This document shows, one piece after another, positions 27,246-36,454 of a DNA stretch of 64,000 nt. Origin of the DNA: Elusimicrobiota bacterium (GTDB lineage Bacteria > Elusimicrobiota > Elusimicrobia > UBA1565 > UBA9628); the NCBI GenBank assembly GCA_016234805.1, contig JACRNU010000055.1, forward strand, positions 14,039-78,038, read 5' to 3'. The notes under the pieces are model-generated. The model was given only the letters and a program-made list of their open reading frames with translations. It did no database searches and was not told the origin of the DNA. A program made the position numbers and the translations under genes. Numbering within the stretch: the first letter of the stretch is position 1; every line of letters starts with the position of its first letter.

Positions 27246-28619
27246 GTGCTCCGCAAGACCTGGCTCTGGGCCTTTCTGGCCTTCTCTCTCCTCCTGAAAC
27301 CCGGCCTCGGGTCCGCCTATGTCTCCAGCGGAGGGGACTGGGAGCTCATCAGGTCCGTGCACGGCGAGATCGGCGGAGACCTGACCGGCTCGGATTACAA
27401 GGTGACGCATTCCATGGGCGAGCCTTTCATCGCCCTTTCCGCCCTGACGGGCGGCGCGGCCGCCAGCTTCGCGGGCTATCTCTCCCAAGTCCCATCCTTC
27501 TCCAACGCCGGCACCTCGATCACGGTCGCCGGGGGTTCCTCCACCACGGTCACCTTGGACGGCATCGTCTACGGGATCAAACCCGGGGACTCCGTGGTCG
27601 TCAGCTTCAATAACGAGATGACCTCCACCACCCTGCCCGGAGCGGTCACGGTCACGGCCATCCTCGACAACCTGGGCAACGCCGTCTCAGCAGGCCAGGC
27701 CTACACCCTGACCTACTCGGCCACGGAGCAGGCTGCTTATGTCAGCCTCGGAGCCGGGTGGCCCAAAGGCACCCTCTTCCTGCTGACGATCTCCACGCAC
27801 GCCGAGGAGATCAACGGCTCGCGCCTGGTGAACTTCTCCACGGTCAATTTCGCGACCGCCCGGGACTTCGCGGCCGCCAACGTCGTCTTCGCCCTCGGGG
27901 ACCCGTCCACCAAGGTCGAGATCCCGGCCAGGGCCTTCCCCTCCGACTACAGCGTCGCGGTCAGCACCGGGGTCCGGAGCCAGACCATCACCACGGCCGA
28001 CGAGACCATGGCCGCGAACCTCGGCGCGGCCAGCAGGCCCTTCAAGAAGGTCCAGATCGACGCCTTCGGCCCGACCATGGAGCGGTGGTCCGCCAACCTC
28101 AACGCCCAGGCCTCCATCATCATCCCCTTCGACGACCTCAACAGCGACGGCAGGGTGGACGACACGAGCCCCGCCATCCGCAGCAAGACCGTGTGGATGT
28201 GGCGCCTCGACGAGGGCGCCAAGCTCTGGGTCCGCCAGCCGCGCTCGAGCCTCGATTTGGCCAACAAGCGCGTGGTCCTGCCCGCGGACCACTTCTCCAC
28301 CTACGCCCTGGCCGGTTCCGCGGACACGGATGTCTCCCTTTCCTACGCCTTCCCCGTGCCCTTCCGGCCCTCCGGCGGCAACCCAGCCCGCTACGGCACC
28401 TGGGCGGACGGCATCCGCTTCACGAACCTCCCCTCCACTGGCAGAATCAGGATCTTCACCATCTCGGGCGAGCTCGTCCGCGAGCTGGAAGTCGTGGACA
28501 ACCCCCAGAGGTGGGACGTCAAGAACCAGGTCAACGAGGTCGTGGCCAGCGGCGTCTACATCTGGGAGGTCACCTCGGGCCAGAACCGCAAATCCGGGAA
28601 GCTGATGGTCGTCAAATGA
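27246..28619 (+). CDS. Secreted Ig-like protein with FlgD-Ig/T9SS type A-like C-terminal domain
   Basis: Signal peptide; DHFSTYAL; FPVPFRP..IRIFTISGELVREL..WDVKN..VASGVYI..GKLMVVK. Confidence 0.8.
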   Translation: MLRKTWLWAFLAFSLLLKPGLGSAYVSSGGDWELIRSVHGEIGGDLTGSDYKVTHSMGEPFIALSALTGGAAASFAGYLSQVPSFSNAGTSITVAGGSSTTVTLDGIVYGIKPGDSVVVSFNNEMTSTTLPGAVTVTAILDNLGNAVSAGQAYTLTYSATEQAAYVSLGAGWPKGTLFLLTISTHAEEINGSRLVNFSTVNFATARDFAAANVVFALGDPSTKVEIPARAFPSDYSVAVSTGVRSQTITTADETMAANLGAASRPFKKVQIDAFGPTMERWSANLNAQASIIIPFDDLNSDGRVDDTSPAIRSKTVWMWRLDEGAKLWVRQPRSSLDLANKRVVLPADHFSTYALAGSADTDVSLSYAFPVPFRPSGGNPARYGTWADGIRFTNLPSTGRIRIFTISGELVRELEVVDNPQRWDVKNQVNEVVASGVYIWEVTSGQNRKSGKLMVVK

Positions 28620-29746
28620 TCCGCCTGCTCATGCTCCTCATGCTTTCCGCCGCCGTCCCGGCGGCGGTTCAGGCCGGCGCAGGCCGCACGAGCCTCGATT
28701 TCCTCAAGATCAACGCGAGCCCCAGGTCCCTGGCCATGGGCGAGACCGGCGCGGGCCTGGCCGACGACGCCATGTCCGCCATGTACCTCAACCCCGCGGG
28801 CATCGCGCGTCTGCGGCATCCCGAAGCCTCCTTCAGCTACAACCTCTGGTACGAAGGCATCTCGCTCCAGCACTTCTCCTATGCCCACCCCACCCGGACC
28901 ATGGGGTCCTTCGGTTTCTCAGGCACGGTGCTGCAGGTCAAGAAGTTCGACGGCTACGACAACTCGGGCGCTCGGGTGGGAGAGGTCGCCGCCACTGATT
29001 TCGTGGTCAAGCCCGTGTACGCACGCCGCCTCTTCGGCCCCTCGGAAGACCAGCGCCACGGCCTCTTCCTCGGAGCCGCGGCCAAGTTCGCCAGGGAGGA
29101 GCTCGACGAGTTCCGGGCCAACGCGGTCATGGCCGACGCCGGACTGCTCTACGTGCGCGGACTCGGCAGCGGGGTCCTCGGGTTCGGAGGCTCCGCCATG
29201 TCCGTGGGCCGGGGGCCTGCCTTCGGCGCGGAGCGCGACAAGCCCGCCACGACCTATCAGGCGGGCCTCAGCTACGGCCTCCATCTCTTCGGAGACCCCT
29301 TCGTGGTCGCCGCGGACGTCAAGATGCCGGTCTACGACGAGTTCAGCTACGCCGCGGGACTCGAGTACGGGGTCAAGCGCATCCTCTTCATCCGCGGCGG
29401 GTTCGTGTCCCACCAGTCCCTCGGCGACGGGTGGAGGGTCGGTCTCGGGATCAAGGCCAAGTTCCTCCAGCTCGACTACGCCGTTTCAGAGTACGGCAAG
29501 ATGGGCCTGGGCCACCTCATGGGTGTCTCTTTCCGATTCGGCGAGCCCATCGAAGTCACCCCCCACCGGACCCCGGCCCAGGACAAGGCCCTGCTGCTCA
29601 TCCGCCGCGCCAAACAGATGGCCAAGGAAACCCGTTTTTACGAAGCCGCCCTCAGCCTCAACGAAGCCCTCACCCTCGACCCGAACAACAAGGAGGCTTT
29701 GCAGCTGCTGCGCGAGACCCGCGATGCGCTCGAGAGGCAGCGATGA
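28616..29746 (+). CDS. PorV/PorQ-family outer-membrane beta-barrel with C-terminal TPR
   Basis: FLKINASPRSLAMG, AMYLNPAG, LDYA...G.MG..H..SF; TPR tail EALTLDPNNKEA. Confidence 0.8.
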   Translation: MIRLLMLLMLSAAVPAAVQAGAGRTSLDFLKINASPRSLAMGETGAGLADDAMSAMYLNPAGIARLRHPEASFSYNLWYEGISLQHFSYAHPTRTMGSFGFSGTVLQVKKFDGYDNSGARVGEVAATDFVVKPVYARRLFGPSEDQRHGLFLGAAAKFAREELDEFRANAVMADAGLLYVRGLGSGVLGFGGSAMSVGRGPAFGAERDKPATTYQAGLSYGLHLFGDPFVVAADVKMPVYDEFSYAAGLEYGVKRILFIRGGFVSHQSLGDGWRVGLGIKAKFLQLDYAVSEYGKMGLGHLMGVSFRFGEPIEVTPHRTPAQDKALLLIRRAKQMAKETRFYEAALSLNEALTLDPNNKEALQLLRETRDALERQR

Positions 29747-31008
29747 ACCGCGGGGGATCCCTGGCCATCCTGATGATTTCCGCCGTCGTGCCGACGGCGG
29801 GACACGCCTACACCTTCCGCGCTGAGAAGACCTACCACCGCAGCCTCGCCCTCCTCAAGGACGGCCAGTACGAGCGGGCCCTCGAGGGCTTCATGGACGT
29901 CCTGCTCGAAGACCCCGAGTTCCCTGGAGCCAAGGAGTCTCTGCGCAAGGCTGCCCGCGAGTCCGTCAAGCGCGAGCGGACCTCGATCATCGAGGAACGG
30001 GACTCCCTCATGGAAGAGATCCGCGGCCTGACCGGCCCGAAGGAGGGCGCGCCCAAGGACTCGGCCGTGGCCTCCTGGAAGGAGGCCGTGGACACTGCCA
30101 TCAGCCTGGTCTCGGAGCCGGCTGACCTCGAAAAAGCCTTCCGGGCCTACGCCAAGGCGATCGAGAGGACGCCGATCTCCTTCAGAGCCATGCAGTCCCT
30201 TGCCAGCGCCAGGACCGGCATCCAGAAGAAGGTCTTCGACCTCTACCCTGCCATGGCGGAAGAGCCGCAGTGGAAGGGCAAGTGGCCGGGGAGCATGAAG
30301 ACCGGCGCCCTGGTCGAGGCGGTGCTGATGGAACAAGCCAACACCATGGCATGGTCGGACGCGGAGAAGGACATGGTCCGCCAGCCGGCCAGGCCTGAGA
30401 CCTCCGCGAAGATCCGCAAGCTCGCCTCATCCATCGACGCGACGGAGAAGGCCAAATCCGAGCTCCTCTGGACCGCGACCCAGGCGTTCCACCACATGCG
30501 CAAGGAGCGGTTCCAGGAATCCTCCGGATTTTGGCGGAAGGTCCTCGAATCCGACCCTGGCAACGAGGAGGCGAAGCTCTATCTCTCCCGCGTGGAAAAG
30601 GCCGTGGCGCAAGCCTCGCCCAAGGCCGTGTCCGCGTACGCCCGGGCCAGGAAGGACGAGCCTATCGCGTGGCCCTCGGGATCCGAGGAAGCGGCAGAGG
30701 GAACTCCCGCGCCCGAGCCGGCCCGGTCCAAGTCTAACAGGCCAGCCAAGCCCAAGCCCGCTCCCGCTCCCCCGGCTGCAGCGCCGCAGCCCGAGCCCCC
30801 GGAGCGCGTCCCTCCCAAGGGGCCCGCGGCCGTGGACCCCGCGGTCATGCGCGAATGGGGCCAGGACCTCTACCGCAGGGGCTTGAAATCCTATTCCCTT
30901 GGCAAGCTCGACGAGGCCATCGAATACTGGAACAACTGCCTGGGAGTCGACCCGGACCATCCCAAGGCGAGGAAGGCTCTTGAAAGAGCCATGAGGGAGA
31001 AGAAGTGA
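29743..31008 (+). CDS. TPR protein with Pro-rich linker
   Basis: WRKVLESDPGNEEA, LYRRGLKSYSLGKLDEAIEYW. Confidence 0.8.
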   Translation: MNRGGSLAILMISAVVPTAGHAYTFRAEKTYHRSLALLKDGQYERALEGFMDVLLEDPEFPGAKESLRKAARESVKRERTSIIEERDSLMEEIRGLTGPKEGAPKDSAVASWKEAVDTAISLVSEPADLEKAFRAYAKAIERTPISFRAMQSLASARTGIQKKVFDLYPAMAEEPQWKGKWPGSMKTGALVEAVLMEQANTMAWSDAEKDMVRQPARPETSAKIRKLASSIDATEKAKSELLWTATQAFHHMRKERFQESSGFWRKVLESDPGNEEAKLYLSRVEKAVAQASPKAVSAYARARKDEPIAWPSGSEEAAEGTPAPEPARSKSNRPAKPKPAPAPPAAAPQPEPPERVPPKGPAAVDPAVMREWGQDLYRRGLKSYSLGKLDEAIEYWNNCLGVDPDHPKARKALERAMREKK

Positions 31009-32396
31009 GCCTGAAGACCCGGTTCGGCCTGGTCATCGGCGCCATGGTGCTCTTCGTGGTGGCTGCCACGACCGGCATCCTCTATTGGACCGAGAAGAGC
31101 TTCCTTGCCCGCGAAGCCATGGAGCGCCAGGAGACCGCCCTGGCCGCGCTCTCCCAGGTGGCCCGGGAGAGCCACCTCAGCCAGGACGACCTCATGCTCA
31201 TCAACTACGTGCTGAGCCTCCCGGCCAAGGACCCGGACATCCTCTTCGCCTATGTGGCGGCGCCTGACGCCAAAGGCGTGCCCCAGGTCCTGGCCCACAC
31301 CATCAAGGACCTCTCTGGAGTGCCCCTTTCGACCCTCCCCCCGTCCCCTCCTGGCAGCCGGGTCCTAAGAGAGACCGTGCCGCAGAGACCTGATGCCGCG
31401 GCCGAGGCTGTGTTGGCGGTGTCGCAGGAAAAGGTCGCGGCTTCGGTCGAGGCGAGCCTTTCGCGCACCCGCAAACGCATCGCCGGAGTCACCGGGGTCA
31501 TGGTCCTGCTCGGCTTGACCGCTTCCACGGCCCTCGCAATATCGCTCACCCGCCCCATCTCCAGGCTCGCGCAGGGAGCCGGGCTCCTCGGCCAGGGCAA
31601 GCTCGGCACCCGCATCCCGGCCGAAGGGTCGGACGAGATCGCCCAGCTCTCCCGGGAGTTCAACAACATGGCACACCGTCTCGAGAAGCTCGACGAGATG
31701 AAGAAGGACTTCGTGTCCTCGGTCACTCACGAGCTCAAGAGCCCCCTGGCCGCCATCGACTCCACCCTCGAGCTCATCCTCCACGAGAGCAAAAAGGAGC
31801 GCGACCCGTCCAAGTGGCTCGAGGACGTGGCCGCCATCCGCAACCACACCGGCCGGCTCTCCCGCTTCGTCACCGACCTCCTCGACCTTGCCAAGATCGA
31901 GAAGGGAGCCTTCTCCATCCAGAGGGCCGACCTCGACGTGGCCGAGACCGCGCGGGAAGTGACGGCCTTCCTCTCCCCGCTTGCGGACAAGAACGGGGTC
32001 TCCCTGCGCGGGCCCAAGGACGGCGCCGGCCTCCCGAGAGCCTTCGCGGACAGCGAGCGCGTGCGCCAGGTCTTCATCAATCTCGTGTCCAACGCCCTTA
32101 AGTTCACCCCGAAGGGCGGTACCGTCTCCGTCGAGATCGCGAAGTCTGACAACCGCCTGCTCTGCTCCGTATCCGACACCGGCATCGGCATCAAGCCCGA
32201 AGACCTGGGACGCATCTTCGACAAGTTCGAGCAGGTCCGGGAGGCTCGCAGCGCCGCCCAAGGGCCCAAGGGCACGGGCCTGGGCCTGTCCATCTGCAAG
32301 GCCATCGTGGAGGCCCACGACGGCAGGATCTGGGCCGAGAGCGAGCCGGGCAAGGGATCAAAATTCTGTTTCACCCTGCCCGGAGGCAAGGCATGA
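31005..32396 (+). CDS. HAMP-domain sensor histidine kinase
   Basis: Two TMs, HAMP, HELKSPL, NLVSNALKF, DTGIGI, GTGLGL. Confidence 0.95.
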   Translation: MSLKTRFGLVIGAMVLFVVAATTGILYWTEKSFLAREAMERQETALAALSQVARESHLSQDDLMLINYVLSLPAKDPDILFAYVAAPDAKGVPQVLAHTIKDLSGVPLSTLPPSPPGSRVLRETVPQRPDAAAEAVLAVSQEKVAASVEASLSRTRKRIAGVTGVMVLLGLTASTALAISLTRPISRLAQGAGLLGQGKLGTRIPAEGSDEIAQLSREFNNMAHRLEKLDEMKKDFVSSVTHELKSPLAAIDSTLELILHESKKERDPSKWLEDVAAIRNHTGRLSRFVTDLLDLAKIEKGAFSIQRADLDVAETAREVTAFLSPLADKNGVSLRGPKDGAGLPRAFADSERVRQVFINLVSNALKFTPKGGTVSVEIAKSDNRLLCSVSDTGIGIKPEDLGRIFDKFEQVREARSAAQGPKGTGLGLSICKAIVEAHDGRIWAESEPGKGSKFCFTLPGGKA

Positions 32397-32770
32397 AGAG
32401 AGCGCTCATCGTCGAAGACGAGCCCGATTTCGCCAGGATCGTCAAGCGCATCCTCGAACCCGAGGGTTTCACCGTGCACTGGTCCGAGTCGGCCGAAGAC
32501 GGCTGGCAGGTCCTGCAGTCGCAGGCGTGCGATCTCGCCATCCTCGACTGGAACCTGCCCGGCATGTCCGGCATCGACCTGTGCCGCCGCATCCGTTCGG
32601 ACACCCGCTTCCAGAGCCTGCCTGTGGCCCTCCTGACCGTCCGGAACCTGCCCGAACAACAGGTCCAGGGACTCAAGGAGTCCGGAGCGGATCTCTACCT
32701 GACCAAGCCCATCAAGCCCGGCGAATTCCTCGCGCGCATCCAGAGCCTGGTGGGGTTCCTGGAAAGATGA
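32393..32770 (+). CDS. Single-domain response regulator (REC)
   Basis: IVEDE, LDWNLPGMSG, YLTKP. Confidence 0.9.
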   Translation: MKRALIVEDEPDFARIVKRILEPEGFTVHWSESAEDGWQVLQSQACDLAILDWNLPGMSGIDLCRRIRSDTRFQSLPVALLTVRNLPEQQVQGLKESGADLYLTKPIKPGEFLARIQSLVGFLER

Positions 32771-32793
32771 CGATGCGAACAATAAGCCGCCAA

Positions 32794-32857
32794 CAAAACG
32801 AAAGGCCCCGGATGAACCGGGGCCCAGGGTCGTCTAACGGAATGCCAGCCGTCAACT
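32794..32857 (-). ncRNA. Candidate ~64-nt small RNA
   Basis: Minus-strand TTGAAA-17nt-TACACT promoter (32892-32864), 5' stem-loop, GGCCCCGG/CCGGGGCC hairpin + U-rich tail; no ORF. Confidence 0.55.
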
Positions 32858-32945
32858 ACTTTAAGTGTAGCATGGGTTCCCCGTCATTTCAAGATATACG
32901 ACTGAGCCTCGAAAAAGTTCCCTTCGTCGCCTGGAGAGGTGCATT

Positions 32946-35339
32946 ATGAAGACCCGAATCCTCGGCAAAATCTTCTCAGCCGCCATCGCCCTGAGCCTGG
33001 CGGCCCAGCCCGCCCTGGCAGCCGTGCCCCAGCGCATCCTCTACCAGGGCACCCTGCGCCAGACAGGGGGCCTCTACACCGGCAACGCCACCTTCCTCTT
33101 CCGCATCACCAACTCCTCGGGCGGCACCGAGTATTGGAACTCAGGCTCCACCGTGGTGGCCGTGACCTCCGGGCTATTCCGCTATCCGTTGGGCACCGAC
33201 AATCCCGGCACCGGGCCCGACGAATCCGCCTCCTTCCTCACCATCGACTGGTCCAACATCTCCCCCTACATCGAAGTCACCGTGAACGGCAACCTCCGCT
33301 CCCCGCGCGAGGAGATACAGTCGGTCCCCTACGCCATCTTCAACTCGGCCGCGACCGACTCGGTCAACCCCAGGGTCATGCGCTCCGGAGACACCATGAC
33401 CGGCCAGCTCACCCTCTACGGCTCCACCCTCACCGTGACCGGCAACGCCTTCTCGGTCGGCGTCTCGACCCTGGTGGTCAAGGACGGCAACGTCGGCATC
33501 GGAACGTCAAGTCCCTCCACCACGCTTCATGTCTCGGGCACCGCCCCCTCCATCCGTCTGGAGCACACAAGCGGCCCGGACATCACCATGCACACCAATG
33601 ACGGCAGCGGATTTGCCGGGATCAAGATCACCGAAGGGACGAACCTCCTGAGCATCCAGGATTCCGGCGACACGGTCCTGGGGCGCGCCAGCGGCAGCGT
33701 CGGCATCGGCATCTCGAACCCCTCCAGCAAGCTCCACGTCCTCAACGGGGACATCCGCATCTCGACGAACGACGCGGTCAGCCGAGGCATCATCTTCAAG
33801 GATGGGACGACCCAGACCACCGCGGCCATGGGCGGCAACCTCTGGGCGGACCGAGGATCCAACGATATTTCCAACACCAACACGGCCAAGGTGGGCATCG
33901 GCATCACGAACCCCTCCTTCACGCTCGATGTCAACGGCTCCGTCAACACGTCGGATGCGCGGGGTCTCTATCAGCTCGGCGCCAGGGTGTTCGCCTCGAG
34001 CAACACGAATGTCCTCGCCGGCGAAACCGCCGGCGCCGCATCCCAGGCGGACGCTTTCGACAACGTGTTCGTGGGCTCATCCGCCGGCGACGACAACACC
34101 AGCGGCGACGACAACGTCTTCATCGGCTACAGCGCGGGCGACGGCAATACCACCGGCATCCGGAACACCTTCATCGGCAGCAACGCGGGCGCCTCGAACA
34201 TCAGCGGCAGCAGGAACGTCTTCCTAGGCTATCAGGCGGGGTTCAGCGAGACGAACTCGGACAAGCTCTACATCGACAACTCCAACGCCGCCTCCCCCCT
34301 CATCTGGGGAGACTTCAACACGAACGTCGTGAACGTGACCGGCTCCCTGGGCATCGGATTGACGAACCCTTCAGGCTCTTTCGAGACATTCAACGACGTC
34401 AACGCCCCCTCGCTCATGAACATCAGCAATCCTAATGCGGGAACCGTGGCCTACTCGGAACTCAACCTCCGCAACGACTCCGGAGCCCAAAGCGGCTTGA
34501 GGATCACGGCGATGGGCACAGGGTTCACGACCGCGGAACCCTTCGTGCAGGACGCCGGAGCCGTGATCGCGGACCTGAACCTCTCGGGCGGCCTGTCCGT
34601 GGGGTCCCGGGCCGCCGCCCCGGTACGGTTCTACGCCAACGGAACCGAATACATGCGCCTTACCAGCGGCGGCCTCATCGGGATGGGCGCCCCGAGCCCG
34701 TCCGCAAGCTACCGATTGACCCTGCGGGGCGATGGCTCCGTGTCCCCGCTGGGCGGCCTCGCCATGTACGCGGGCGCCAACAGCGGGGCGTTCCTCGGCT
34801 ACCCCACCGCTGCGAACACCGTGGACTTCGAACTCTGGAACGCGAACAACGGCTACTTGAGGTTCGGCGCGAACAACGCCGAACAGATGCGCATCACGAA
34901 CGCGGGCATCGTGGATATGCCCAACCAGTCCGCGGCCCGCGCCTACCGGTCCGGGTCGGTCCAGTCGATCCCGGACGTCGGCTTCACCCAGGTCCAGCTC
35001 AACGGCGAGGACTTCGACCGCCAGAACGAGTTCGACACCGGGGCCTACACCTTCACGGCCACCCGCGCGGGGTACTACTCCGTCAGCGGCACGGTCACCT
35101 ATACGGGCCTGACGGACCAGATGTGGTTCTGCGCCCTGATCTATAAGAACGGGGGGATGGTCGCTAGGAACAACGTCGGCGCCAGCGGCGCGAACGACCA
35201 GAGCAGCACCGTCACCACCGTGGTCTATCTTGCGGTCGGGGACAACATCGCGCTCTACACCTATCAGAACAGCGGCGGTGCCAAGAACATCAATTTCGGC
35301 ACGGCAGAGACCTACCTGTCCGTCGTCAAACAGCTCTAG
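32946..35339 (+). CDS. Secreted tail-fibre-like adhesin with C1q-like C-terminal domain
   Basis: Signal peptide; VPQRILYQG; RSGDTMTG; repeated VGIG(T/I)xxP..LHV; NVFIGxxAG repeats; C-terminal FTATRAGYYSVSG. Confidence 0.75.
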   Translation: MKTRILGKIFSAAIALSLAAQPALAAVPQRILYQGTLRQTGGLYTGNATFLFRITNSSGGTEYWNSGSTVVAVTSGLFRYPLGTDNPGTGPDESASFLTIDWSNISPYIEVTVNGNLRSPREEIQSVPYAIFNSAATDSVNPRVMRSGDTMTGQLTLYGSTLTVTGNAFSVGVSTLVVKDGNVGIGTSSPSTTLHVSGTAPSIRLEHTSGPDITMHTNDGSGFAGIKITEGTNLLSIQDSGDTVLGRASGSVGIGISNPSSKLHVLNGDIRISTNDAVSRGIIFKDGTTQTTAAMGGNLWADRGSNDISNTNTAKVGIGITNPSFTLDVNGSVNTSDARGLYQLGARVFASSNTNVLAGETAGAASQADAFDNVFVGSSAGDDNTSGDDNVFIGYSAGDGNTTGIRNTFIGSNAGASNISGSRNVFLGYQAGFSETNSDKLYIDNSNAASPLIWGDFNTNVVNVTGSLGIGLTNPSGSFETFNDVNAPSLMNISNPNAGTVAYSELNLRNDSGAQSGLRITAMGTGFTTAEPFVQDAGAVIADLNLSGGLSVGSRAAAPVRFYANGTEYMRLTSGGLIGMGAPSPSASYRLTLRGDGSVSPLGGLAMYAGANSGAFLGYPTAANTVDFELWNANNGYLRFGANNAEQMRITNAGIVDMPNQSAARAYRSGSVQSIPDVGFTQVQLNGEDFDRQNEFDTGAYTFTATRAGYYSVSGTVTYTGLTDQMWFCALIYKNGGMVARNNVGASGANDQSSTVTTVVYLAVGDNIALYTYQNSGGAKNINFGTAETYLSVVKQL

Positions 35340-35384
35340 GAAGGCGGGAGCCTCGGACAGGTCGTAGGCGTATTCGACCGGCCC

Positions 35385-35738
35385 GGCGTCGGGACAGCGA
35401 TTCCGAGAGGCCCCCTGGACGTGCAGAGCGGCTCGGCCAAGCTGGTGGTCACGAACACCGCCTCCATCCCCGACACAGGGAGCCTCGCGCTGGAGACCCT
35501 GGTGACGGGCCAGCACGGGGTCCTCACCGTCGTCGAGGACACCGGCAACTGCGCCGGGCAGGTCTACATCAGGGGCGCGATCAACGCCTCCACGATCCTC
35601 TCGGACCCGCTCGCCTGCCTTGCCACGAGCGACACGCCAGGAAGGGTCTCCATCATCGCGGACGGAGACGGCACCTACACCTTGAAGAACAACCGGGGCG
35701 CTGCGAGGACATACTCCCTCCTCTATAACGGCTTCTAG
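35385..35738 (+). pseudogene. Orphan fibre C-terminal fragment (alternative tip)
   Basis: Begins GVGTAIPRGPLDV, matching the fibre repeat; no RBS or signal peptide; same frame as the upstream gene. Confidence 0.5.
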
Positions 35739-35766
35739 GCTCGGCCCTCCGCCTTGCGAATGGTGG

Positions 35767-36042
35767 TCATTGAGATTTCAAGAAGCGCCGGATATCGTCA
35801 TGGCTCCCATAAAGCAGGTATCTTATCGTGCCTTCGCGGCGCAGATACAGGACCCGGTCATGGATGTCCACGCGGAACTCGAAGAATTGGTCCCTGAGGT
35901 GCTTCATCCGGAGTCCCCTATGGAACCGGCCGGCCTCCCAGGCGGCCTCGAACTTGGCTACGGCGCCGTACAGACGCAGGGCTTGGCCGCGGGAAAGCGA
36001 ACCGATAGTCGCGTGGAACGACTTCGCGTAGTCGAATCGCAC
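35767..36042 (-). CDS. RelE/ParE-superfamily toxin
   Basis: 91 aa basic protein; GLRMKHLR..FFEFRVDIHDRV..GSHD; directly downstream of an antitoxin-like gene. Confidence 0.7.
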   Translation of the reverse strand: MRFDYAKSFHATIGSLSRGQALRLYGAVAKFEAAWEAGRFHRGLRMKHLRDQFFEFRVDIHDRVLYLRREGTIRYLLYGSHDDIRRFLKSQ

Positions 36043-36046
36043 TTGG

Positions 36047-36331
36047 TCAGCGCAGCTTCAGCCGCGACTTGAGGTGCCGCAGGGAAGCCTGGGAGTCGAG
36101 CCCTGCCGCGGCCGGAGGCTGGGCAGCCAGTATTCGGATCTTCGCCCATTCCTCTTCGGTGAAGGGATCGCTGGTGGGGACCGGCTCGATCCTGGTCAGG
36201 GCCACGCGGTTGCCTTCGACGATGAATCCTACCAAGTCGCGGGCCTCCTTGAAGCCGAGGGCCTTTCGGACGGCCTTGGGAAGCGTCACCTGCGCTTTAT
36301 TGCCTAGTTGGCTGAAATACATGTGCTCCAT
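36047..36331 (-). CDS. AbrB/MazE-family antitoxin
   Basis: KAQVTLPKAVRKALG..DLVGF; AGGAGG RBS. Confidence 0.8.
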   Translation of the reverse strand: MEHMYFSQLGNKAQVTLPKAVRKALGFKEARDLVGFIVEGNRVALTRIEPVPTSDPFTEEEWAKIRILAAQPPAAAGLDSQASLRHLKSRLKLR

Positions 36332-36454
36332 GTTCCTCCTCAATTGTCGGGAATCTGAGAATTCCTACTAATAGTCTACCGGCTGCCGTCCGGCCTGTCA
36401 AGGGGGCCCGACCTTCTCCCCCAGGCGAACCCATCGGGACGCCGCTCGCCTGGT

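Noticed and set aside
32851-32859. GTCAACTAC resembling an IS200/IS605 (IscB) element end
   Set aside because: Only 9 bp, with no nuclease/transposase ORF or omega-RNA-sized structure nearby
35337-35339. Pyrrolysine or genome-wide TAG recoding
   Set aside because: Many other genes end normally at TAG, no pyl genes are present, and the C1q-like domain ends naturally at this stop
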